From a virus (lineage: Duplodnaviria; Caudoviricetes): DNA of 43,290 nucleotides. Made by a program: the position numbers and the translations under genes. Positions 9,307 through 17,150 of this stretch are shown piece by piece (within the stretch, counting starts at the first letter, position 1; each line of letters starts with the position of its first letter). The stretch covers positions 1 to 43,290 of the IMG/VR virus record IMGVR_UViG_3300030397_000037. One strand, written 5' to 3'. The notes beneath the pieces are model-generated. The model had not been told where the DNA came from. It saw nothing but the letters and a program-made list of their open reading frames with translations, and made no database searches.

Positions 9307-9984
9307 ATGGTACCGGAAGCAAAGCTTGTTTTGATTCGTACTAAGGACATGGTCATAATCGGTTCTCATACTGACGTTGACTATTTAGTCGCCATGGCCG
9401 ATGCGAAGATACCGCACGATGATTATTACATCTGCGATTGCACAGAGAAATATTTGAAACCGTTTCACGGTCAAGAAGTTCTTCTACTCGCGGCGCGTAA
9501 TAAGCCTGAAGGGCAAGGTAAATATAACTTCAAGACAAAGGCCGAGATCAGAAAAGCAGCCATCGAAGCTATGTACAAGTATCCGATTTCAAATGAAAGC
9601 CTTGATGGGTTCAAGGCTAAAATAAGTCAAAGACTGGGGAATGTAACCATGACTGAACAAGTAAACGAAGTAGAAACTGCAGAAGTAACTGAAACTGTAG
9701 CAACTGAAGCGGTAGCGGAAGCGCCAGCTGCGGAAGCGAAAGTTGAAAAAGACATCCAAAATGGCGTAACTCGTCCTAAAGCTGGTTCTAAGACTGGCCG
9801 TGTATGGGAAATCGCTGATTCGCAAGGTACTGAAAACGCGGTTCGTAAGACTGTTATGGACTTGTGCGTTGCTGAAGGTATTAACGCTTCAACTGCTTCT
9901 ACGCAGTACGGCAAGTGGCGTAAGTACAACGGCTTAGGTAAAGAAGTTAAGCCAGCAGAAGTAGTTGATCAAGCTGCAGAATAA
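9307..9984 (+). CDS. Putative DNA-binding protein (paralog 2), possible internal start at 9649
   Basis: GGAG SD; C-terminal GSKTGRVWEIAD...RKTVMDLC...GINASTASTQY aligns by eye with paralog 1. Confidence 0.7.
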   Translation: MVPEAKLVLIRTKDMVIIGSHTDVDYLVAMADAKIPHDDYYICDCTEKYLKPFHGQEVLLLAARNKPEGQGKYNFKTKAEIRKAAIEAMYKYPISNESLDGFKAKISQRLGNVTMTEQVNEVETAEVTETVATEAVAEAPAAEAKVEKDIQNGVTRPKAGSKTGRVWEIADSQGTENAVRKTVMDLCVAEGINASTASTQYGKWRKYNGLGKEVKPAEVVDQAAE

Positions 9985-9991
9985 TTTGATC

Positions 9992-10160
9992 AGGGGCGAG
10001 AGCCCCTAACCTTAAACCTAAACAGTTTTTAAGGTTGCAATAATTAACACCGGTCGCCAGAACCTATCTGGCTACCACCTGAAAGCGCCTTCGCAGTCAC
10101 CCAATTCCTTTCCTCTTTGCGGAATTGGATGAGGGCGCTTCCAAGTGGTTCAACTGGAGA
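9992..10160 (+). promoter_or_regulatory. Structured RNA leader upstream of queE
   Basis: Several complementary stems visible in the sequence (see findings); the outermost stem overlaps the GGAG SD. Confidence 0.5.
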
Positions 10161-10165
10161 AAACA

Positions 10166-10876
10166 ATGAAACCAAACACCCAAAAGCCTGAGAAGGTTAT
10201 CTTTTCCGATTCCGGATCTGTCCTGCAAGTTCATCATTTCTTTCATAGCATCCAAGGCGAAGGTATTTTTGCTGGAGAACCTGCGCTATTTATTCGCTTA
10301 GCTGGTTGTAATATCCAATGTCCTGGCTGCGATGAAACTTATGCGGATCGCCGCGACTTCATGGACATGGAATCTATCCTAGCTGCCATTAAGAAGATGA
10401 AACCTGAGTCCACAAACTTAATCGTTATCTCAGGTGGCGAACCAATGCGTCAGAACTTACGCCCATTGATCGGCTTGCTTCTGAACCAGCAATGGAACGT
10501 GCAGATCGAGACCAACGGCACGGTATGCGACCCTGAATTTGATTTCGACCTAGACGGTTTATTTGTGGTCTGTAGTCCTAAGACGGCTAAGATCCATGAG
10601 CGCATTATAGAGAATGCAGACGCCTTTAAATATGTCGTGGAATGCGATAAAATTAGTGGTGACGATGGTTTGCCGTTGCAGGCTCTGCATATGCCTTCCA
10701 AGCGTCCGGTGGCTCGTCCGCCAGAAGATTTCCCCTTGCACCGTGTCTTCGTTCAACCGATGGACGTACACGATCAAGCGCAAAATAGTCGTAATACAAC
10801 TGCGGCAATTAACTCGTGTCTGGAGCATGGTTACACCCTTTGCTTGCAGATGCATAAACTAGTCGGATTGGAGTAA
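10166..10876 (+). CDS. queE: 7-carboxy-7-deazaguanine synthase (radical SAM)
   Basis: FHSIQGEG, FIRLAGCNIQCPGCD (CxxxCxxC), SGGEP, IETNG, VCSPK, LQMHK; ATG 10166 after GGAG. Confidence 0.95.
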   Translation: MKPNTQKPEKVIFSDSGSVLQVHHFFHSIQGEGIFAGEPALFIRLAGCNIQCPGCDETYADRRDFMDMESILAAIKKMKPESTNLIVISGGEPMRQNLRPLIGLLLNQQWNVQIETNGTVCDPEFDFDLDGLFVVCSPKTAKIHERIIENADAFKYVVECDKISGDDGLPLQALHMPSKRPVARPPEDFPLHRVFVQPMDVHDQAQNSRNTTAAINSCLEHGYTLCLQMHKLVGLE

Positions 10877-10880
10877 TACC

Positions 10881-11582
10881 ATGACACAACAATCGTTAGA
10901 TCTTAAAGTAAACCAAAAAGCCTTAGTAGTATTATCTGGAGGACAGGACTCCGTAACCTGTCTAGGCTGGGCGTTGGAAAATTATAGCGAGGTAGAGGCC
11001 ATCGCTTTCCATTACGGCCAGAATCATTCTGTCGAGTTGGAGCAAGCCAAGAAGATTTGCGAAGATCGCGGCATTAACCTAATGATCGCTAAGACAGATA
11101 TCTTGTCCACAATTGCTGACTCGGCTTTAGTGACTGGCGGCGATGTGAACGTGCAGCACGAGCGTAATGACAAACTACCAGCAAGCTTTGTCCCAAATCG
11201 CAATGCAATGTTCCTAACCTTTGCTCATGCATGGGCGCAGAAAATTGGTGCATTGCATCTGGTAACTGGCGTCTGCCAAACTGATTATTCAGGCTACCCA
11301 GATTGCCGTGAAGAATTTATCAAGCGTTTCGAGCGTGCATTGAATGTGGGTTATGAGACCCATATCATCATCCATACTCCGCTTATGCACTTAACCAAAG
11401 CAGAAACTTTCCAGCTTGCCGAAGATTGCGGTATCCTAGATACGGTGATTGAAGATAGTCATACATGTTATAATGGTGATCGTGAGCACAAACATGACTG
11501 GGGTTTTGGTTGTGGTAAGTGTCCTGCCTGCGAATTACGCGCTAAAGGTTGGGACGAGTTTCAAGCGGGTAAAGGTGAGTAA
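10881..11582 (+). CDS. queC: 7-cyano-7-deazaguanine synthase (no Gat domain)
   Basis: SGGQDS PP-loop, FVPNRN, DYSGYPDCR, TPLMHLTKAE, TCY...GCGKCPAC. Confidence 0.96.
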   Translation: MTQQSLDLKVNQKALVVLSGGQDSVTCLGWALENYSEVEAIAFHYGQNHSVELEQAKKICEDRGINLMIAKTDILSTIADSALVTGGDVNVQHERNDKLPASFVPNRNAMFLTFAHAWAQKIGALHLVTGVCQTDYSGYPDCREEFIKRFERALNVGYETHIIIHTPLMHLTKAETFQLAEDCGILDTVIEDSHTCYNGDREHKHDWGFGCGKCPACELRAKGWDEFQAGKGE

Positions 11583-11584
11583 TA

Positions 11585-12202
11585 ATGAAAATCCGTAAGT
11601 TGTTTAAATTCGAGAATGCGCACGTAGTTCGTAACTGTTCGAGCGACCGTTGCAAGTTCTCTATCCATGGCCACAGTTATAAGGTCGAAGTCATTTTACA
11701 AGGCGATGGCCATAACTTAGATAATGGCCAGATGCTTTATGACTTTGGCCTTATGAAAGGTACGATCAAAGACTTTATTGACTCTTTCGATCACGCGATC
11801 ACTTTATGGGCGGATGACTCCGACTCTTATGTGACAGATATGATTGCTCATTCTGCGCGTTGGATCTCTTTACCTGTATCTCCAAGTGCGGAGCAGTTCG
11901 CTCGTTTCTTCTACCTATTGGTAGAACGTGTATTAGAGAATACTGATACCAATAATGGTGAAGCGGCTATCGGAGTTCATAGCGTAATCGTGCATGAGAC
12001 TGACACTGGTTATGCGGAAGCAGAGCTCGGTGACGTCTATAGCGGTTTTGAAGAAGGCGAGATGATCCCATTCATGGATCTAAGCGAAGTGGTCTTCAGC
12101 GATCAAGTTATGATAGAATGGTCGGATCCTGATATGTTCGATAAGTTATTGAACAAGGTTCCTTTCGTAAATCCAGTAGTGAAGCAGCAGGTGGTAAAAT
12201 GA
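11585..12202 (+). CDS. queD: 6-carboxytetrahydropterin synthase (long QueD type)
   Basis: FENAHVVRNCSSDRCKFSIHGHSY, DFG, FDH, PSAE, VHET. Confidence 0.92.
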   Translation: MKIRKLFKFENAHVVRNCSSDRCKFSIHGHSYKVEVILQGDGHNLDNGQMLYDFGLMKGTIKDFIDSFDHAITLWADDSDSYVTDMIAHSARWISLPVSPSAEQFARFFYLLVERVLENTDTNNGEAAIGVHSVIVHETDTGYAEAELGDVYSGFEEGEMIPFMDLSEVVFSDQVMIEWSDPDMFDKLLNKVPFVNPVVKQQVVK

Positions 12203-13266
12203 GCAATAAGAAAGTTTTCACCCATAATGAAACACGCGAGTTAATGGTTGCGATGTACGCCCAGATTAGTCGCATGTTTGAAGGCGAAGCAGAAGTTGCG
12301 GTTTATGGTATCGCTCGCGGTGGTGTTCCTGTCGCCTATGGCCTAGTCGGTGTCGCGGCAGTCGTAACCGTTGGTCCTAAGATCATGATTGCTGAGCGCC
12401 CTGAAGATGCGGACTTGCTTGTGGACGATATTATCGACTCAGGTAATACCATGGAACTTTGGACTAAGCAATACGACCTACCTTTCATGGCCTTGCTTGA
12501 TCGCGTTGGCGATGATTTAGGTACTGAGACTTGGTTCGAGTTTCCATGGGAAAGCGTTCAACGCGATACTAAGAAATCCCACGATGATTCCATTGTCGGG
12601 ACTATTAAGAATCGTATCCGAGAAAAAGGTGCACCGTTTAAAGCGAATGACAATATCTCGGAGTTCATCTCCGAGAATGAATTGTCTATGCTCCAAGCGG
12701 AATTGACCACCCGTTGCCGTAGCGTCCTAGAAGGTTTAGTTATCGATATTGATAATGACCATAATACTCAGGATACTGCGGCTCGTATGGCTAAGATGTT
12801 TTTGCGTCAGATCTATAAGGGTCGTTATGAACCGAAACCAAAAATCACCTCATTCCCTAACGAGAAGAATTTGGATGAAATGTTTGTTACTGGTCCAATT
12901 ACCGTCAGATCTGCGTGCAGCCATCATTTTGTGCCTATTGTTGGCCAATGCTATATTGCTGTTATTCCTAGCGAAGATATGGTCATCGGACTTTCCAAGT
13001 TTAATCGAATCGTTGAGTGGATAGCTCGCCGTCCTCAGATCCAAGAAGAGATGACGGTTCAGATTGCAGACGAATTGGAAGAGTTAATGCAACCTAAAGG
13101 TCTAGCGGTAATTGTAGACGCTGAGCACCTTTGCATGACTTGGCGCGGCGTAGAAGAAACTCCAGGCCAGGCGAAGATGACCACAAACGTAGTTCGCGGT
13201 ATCTTCCGCAACGACCCAACAGCCCGCGCTGAACTTATGGCGACCCTAAACCGTCAACGAGGATAA
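12199..13266 (+). CDS. folE: Type I phosphoribosyltransferase fused to GTP cyclohydrolase I
   Basis: N-terminal YGIARGG, LLVDDIIDSGNT (PRPP loop) and WFEFPWE; C-terminal TAARMAKM, SACSHHF, GLSKFNR, RPQIQEEMT, HLCMTWRG. Confidence 0.93.
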   Translation: MSNKKVFTHNETRELMVAMYAQISRMFEGEAEVAVYGIARGGVPVAYGLVGVAAVVTVGPKIMIAERPEDADLLVDDIIDSGNTMELWTKQYDLPFMALLDRVGDDLGTETWFEFPWESVQRDTKKSHDDSIVGTIKNRIREKGAPFKANDNISEFISENELSMLQAELTTRCRSVLEGLVIDIDNDHNTQDTAARMAKMFLRQIYKGRYEPKPKITSFPNEKNLDEMFVTGPITVRSACSHHFVPIVGQCYIAVIPSEDMVIGLSKFNRIVEWIARRPQIQEEMTVQIADELEELMQPKGLAVIVDAEHLCMTWRGVEETPGQAKMTTNVVRGIFRNDPTARAELMATLNRQRG

Positions 13267-13268
13267 GC

Positions 13269-14177
13269 ATGCACCTATATCTGGCAGGTACTTACACGTC
13301 CAGCTTCGGCGAACGAAGCACGGCGTTTAATAGGCTGACAGATAGCGAGCGGGAAAAACGGCTCCAAGTAGATCATTTCTTGGAGTCGTACCACTATATT
13401 CACAAAGAAGGTTTCGTAGAGCAGATTCGAGAAGATGGTAAAAAGGTCTTCTTGGACTCCGGAGCTTTCTCTGCTTTTACCAAAGGCGTAGAAGTAGACC
13501 TGCCAGCTTTCTGTCGTTACATCCATGATAAAGCGGATATCATTCTTTTCCCGTCCGTGCTGGACGGTATTGGCGATCCGTTAAAGACTTACGAGAATCA
13601 AAAGCGGATGGAGGATTTAGGGGCACCACCACTACCCTGTTTCCACTATGGCGAGGACGAGCGATACCTTGAATACTATATCGAGAATTATGAGTATATG
13701 ACTCTCGGTGGTATGGTACCAATCTCGACACCTCAACTCCACCATTGGCTTGACCGCATGTGGGGCGAATACCTGACTAATCCGGACGGGACGCCTAAGA
13801 TCAAAGTTCATGGTTTCGGTTTAACCTCGGCTGAGTTAATGGTAAAATACCCTTGGTATTCGGTGGATTCTTCCTCATGGGTACAGGGCGCTGCGAACGG
13901 TAACGTGTTCTTCCCAGACATCGGGATGATCCCTATATCTTCGCAAAGTTATATGCGCAAGAACTTTGGCCAGCACTTCACGACCTATCCGCAGGCATGG
14001 CAAGACCATTTGCGGGAACGGATTGAGGCGCTTGGTTTCGATGTGGAACGACTGACCACATTATACCAATGTCGATGGGCTTTTAATGCCTATCAGTTCG
14101 CTGAATTTGGTAGACAGATTACCAAAGACAAAGGGGCAAATCCAACTTTCCAAGTTGGGCAGATGGGGTTATTCTGA
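13269..14177 (+). CDS. dpdA: DNA 7-deazaguanine transglycosylase (TGT-like)
   Basis: FLDSGAFS, LDGIGD, PCFH, LGGMV, VHGFG, SVDSSSW motifs; last gene of the que cluster. Confidence 0.88.
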   Translation: MHLYLAGTYTSSFGERSTAFNRLTDSEREKRLQVDHFLESYHYIHKEGFVEQIREDGKKVFLDSGAFSAFTKGVEVDLPAFCRYIHDKADIILFPSVLDGIGDPLKTYENQKRMEDLGAPPLPCFHYGEDERYLEYYIENYEYMTLGGMVPISTPQLHHWLDRMWGEYLTNPDGTPKIKVHGFGLTSAELMVKYPWYSVDSSSWVQGAANGNVFFPDIGMIPISSQSYMRKNFGQHFTTYPQAWQDHLRERIEALGFDVERLTTLYQCRWAFNAYQFAEFGRQITKDKGANPTFQVGQMGLF

Positions 14178-15154
14178 TGCTATATGCTTTAAAGTTTGTT
14201 CAGGGCGCGGTCGCTAAAAAGGATTTTGTCCCTGAACTAACTCACTACCTGATCCGCGATAAGCGGATCACTGGTTACAATGGGCGCATTGCGTTAAGCT
14301 GCAAGATCGAAACCGATCTAGACTTAGCGCCTAAAGCTCAGCCATTCATCAAGGCAATCGAACGTTGCCAAGATACCGTTAAAATGCACGTGACGCCAAC
14401 GGGTAAGATCTCGATCAAAAGCGGTAAGAAGCGGTTCCTGATCGATCAAATGGAAGAGAATGTTTTTCCAGAAATCTCGCCGCCGGAATCAAAAATGATC
14501 GACCTACCTGAGGGTAGTTTTATTGGCGTATTAAAGGAATTAATGCCATTCATCGCCGAGGACGCCTCACGTCCATGGGCGAAGGGGATTTTGTTTAGAA
14601 ATGGGTTTGCCCATGCTACCAACAATATTATCCTAGTTCAGAAGTGGTTGGGATTTACGCTTCCATTCGAGATCAATTTTCCACAACATGCGATTCGCGA
14701 ATTAATGCGCATTAAGCGTGACCCAGTTCGCATCCAGTTAAGTGAGTCTACCGCTCGCTTTTGGTTTGACGATGATACTTGGATGCAGACAAACTTGTAC
14801 GCTACCGAGTGGCCTGATATGGATACCTTGCTAAATACTTACGCAGCGTCTCCAACTGGTAATGGCGTGAAGCTGGATGACGTTACCTTGCAGGCAGCGG
14901 AAGACCTAGTCCCGTTCGCCAACGAACTAGACGCCATACACATTCGCAATGGTTGCCTTTGCACCTCGGCCATCGATGATGAAGGGGCGCAGATCGAAGT
15001 AGGGGATCTTGGTATCGAAGGGGCTTGCTTTAATGTTAAACAGTTTATAAAATTACATTCGATAGCAAACGAGGTCGACTTCACAACCTTCCCCAAACCT
15101 TGTGGATTCTTTGGGGATAGCCTTCGAGGCGTATTTATAGGTATGCGAGTATGA
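14177..15154 (+). CDS. DNA polymerase III beta-clamp-like sliding clamp
   Basis: 325 aa; ALKFVQGAVAKKDFVPELTH, FIAEDASRPWAKGILF, ATN, WPD, GVFIGMR echo DnaN patterns; directly upstream of the polymerase. Confidence 0.8.
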   Translation: MLYALKFVQGAVAKKDFVPELTHYLIRDKRITGYNGRIALSCKIETDLDLAPKAQPFIKAIERCQDTVKMHVTPTGKISIKSGKKRFLIDQMEENVFPEISPPESKMIDLPEGSFIGVLKELMPFIAEDASRPWAKGILFRNGFAHATNNIILVQKWLGFTLPFEINFPQHAIRELMRIKRDPVRIQLSESTARFWFDDDTWMQTNLYATEWPDMDTLLNTYAASPTGNGVKLDDVTLQAAEDLVPFANELDAIHIRNGCLCTSAIDDEGAQIEVGDLGIEGACFNVKQFIKLHSIANEVDFTTFPKPCGFFGDSLRGVFIGMRV

Positions 15155-17145
15155 GGTTTGATAATATTGGCCTATTCTGGGAAGATATCCCAGCAGCGAA
15201 AGGCAAGTCAAACGTAGTCCGTCCAATTGCGCCTATCCCTGATACTGGATGGACGCCACCTACCTACCTACCTGATCTTAGCGCGGCCAAGATGATTTGT
15301 ATTGACTTGGAGACCTATGATCCCGAGCTGATCGAAAATGGACCAGGATGGGCGCGTGGCGTAGGTCATATTGTTGGGGTTGCTATCGGAACCGAGACAG
15401 GCCGGAAATGGTACTTCCCAATCCGCCATGAGATGGAACCTGGAATGAATTGGGATCCTGAAGTCGTATTGAAATGGTGCCGCCAAGAATTAGGTCGACC
15501 ACACCAGCCCAAACTAGGTGCGAACATTACTTATGACTATGGCTGGTTCCTTCAAGAAGGGGTCGAAGTAAAAGGACCCCTTTTAGACGTTCAGTATGCA
15601 GAAGCCTTATTGGATGAAACCGCTAGCGTTGAATTAGAAACCCTTGGTCAGAAATATTTGGACGAGGGTAAAAAGTCAAACGTGTTCTATAAGTGGGCTG
15701 CGGATTCTTATGGCGGTAAGGCCAACGGTCGCCAACGTGCGAACATTTACCGTTCCCCGCCAAGATTAGTCGGTCCTTATGCCGAGAGCGATGCCGACTT
15801 GCCTACCCGAGTCTTTGCCAAGCAGCTCCCACTATTGCAGCGAGATGGACTGATCGAGATCTTCGATTTGGAATGTCGTCTTATTCGCTGCCTAGTCGAG
15901 ATGCGCTTTGCTGGTGTTAGCGTTGACATCGAGAAGGCTGAGCGAACTCGTGAAGCACTTATGGTTAAAGAGCAAATGGCTCAGCAACAGTTGGATAAGT
16001 ACGCTGGCTTCCAAGTGAATACGAACTCCTCTGAGCATTTGGCGCGGGCTTTCGATACTTATAAGATTCCTTACCCTAAGACGGCCAAAGGTAATCCATC
16101 ATTTAAAGGCGCTTTCCTTGATAAGGTTAATCACCCAATGGGCGATCTAATCCGAACAGTTAAGAAATATGCGAAAGCACGTTCAACCTTTGTGGAAGGC
16201 TACATTTTAGATAAACATATTAACGGGAAATTATATGGTCAATTTCATCAACTTAGAGGTGATTCTGGCGGTACTCGTTCTGGGCGCTTCAGCTCGTCTG
16301 GTCCGAACCTCCAGAACCTGCCATCAAGAGACCCAGAACTCGGACCAATGATCCGAGGACTATTTGTCCCAGACTATGGTCACGTTGCTTGGCGCAAATA
16401 CGATTACTCTCAGATCGAGTATCGCTTCCTTGCTCACTTCTGTATCGGTACGGGATCGGACAAGATTCGTCAAATCTTTATTGCTAACCCTTACGCTGAC
16501 TTCCATACGGCAACGCAGGAGCTAATCAAGAATACCACAGGTATCGAACTGCCCCGCAAGAATACGAAAAATATTAACTTCGGTTTATGTTATGGTATGG
16601 GCGTGAGCACTTTATCGGAAGGCCTAGGTTTGACCAAGGCTGAAGGCAATAAACTCTTTGAGGCATATCACTTAGGTGCTCCATTTGTAAAGGCCACATT
16701 TGACGCTTGTGTCTCGCAGGCTTTAACGGACGGAACGATCACTACAATTCTAGGGCGAAAATCTCGCTTTGACTATTGGGAACCGGCTGGATTCCAAAAG
16801 GGCGCGCCCGCCTTACCTTACCATAAGGCCTTGGCGACTTACGGCTCTATCAAGCGAGCGGCAAGCCATAAAGGTCTCAACCGTTTACTGCAGGGTTCGG
16901 CAGCTGACCAAATGAAGAAAGCCATGGTCGATTGCTATGAACAAGGCGTATTTGCCGAGACTGGTATCCCACGTCTAACTGTGCACGATGAATTGGATTT
17001 CTCTGATCCTGGTGGTAAGTCTGAAGCGTTTAAAGAGATGAAGCGTATCATGGAGACCACTATCACGTTACGGATTCCAGTAGTAGCGGATGGCGAAATT
17101 GGACCAGATTGGGGTAACGTAAGAGATTTGGAAGAGGGCGAGTAG
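15151..17145 (+). CDS. Family A DNA polymerase with 3'-5' exonuclease
   Basis: DLET exo I, SGRFSSSGPNLQN, motif A DYSQIEYR, motif B KNINFGLCYG, LQGSAAD, motif C VHDE. Confidence 0.96.
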   Translation: MRFDNIGLFWEDIPAAKGKSNVVRPIAPIPDTGWTPPTYLPDLSAAKMICIDLETYDPELIENGPGWARGVGHIVGVAIGTETGRKWYFPIRHEMEPGMNWDPEVVLKWCRQELGRPHQPKLGANITYDYGWFLQEGVEVKGPLLDVQYAEALLDETASVELETLGQKYLDEGKKSNVFYKWAADSYGGKANGRQRANIYRSPPRLVGPYAESDADLPTRVFAKQLPLLQRDGLIEIFDLECRLIRCLVEMRFAGVSVDIEKAERTREALMVKEQMAQQQLDKYAGFQVNTNSSEHLARAFDTYKIPYPKTAKGNPSFKGAFLDKVNHPMGDLIRTVKKYAKARSTFVEGYILDKHINGKLYGQFHQLRGDSGGTRSGRFSSSGPNLQNLPSRDPELGPMIRGLFVPDYGHVAWRKYDYSQIEYRFLAHFCIGTGSDKIRQIFIANPYADFHTATQELIKNTTGIELPRKNTKNINFGLCYGMGVSTLSEGLGLTKAEGNKLFEAYHLGAPFVKATFDACVSQALTDGTITTILGRKSRFDYWEPAGFQKGAPALPYHKALATYGSIKRAASHKGLNRLLQGSAADQMKKAMVDCYEQGVFAETGIPRLTVHDELDFSDPGGKSEAFKEMKRIMETTITLRIPVVADGEIGPDWGNVRDLEEGE

Positions 17146-17150
17146 CCCTC

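Noticed and set aside
10140-10168. GGTTCAAC...AAAAC as a preQ1-I riboswitch
   Set aside because: No matching P1 3' strand or AAAAAACUA tail in the required arrangement.
13269-14177. tRNA-guanine transglycosylase / queuosine tRNA pathway
   Set aside because: Lacks the Tgt Zn-binding CxCxxC; no queF, queA or tRNA genes seen; motifs and context fit DNA-acting DpdA.
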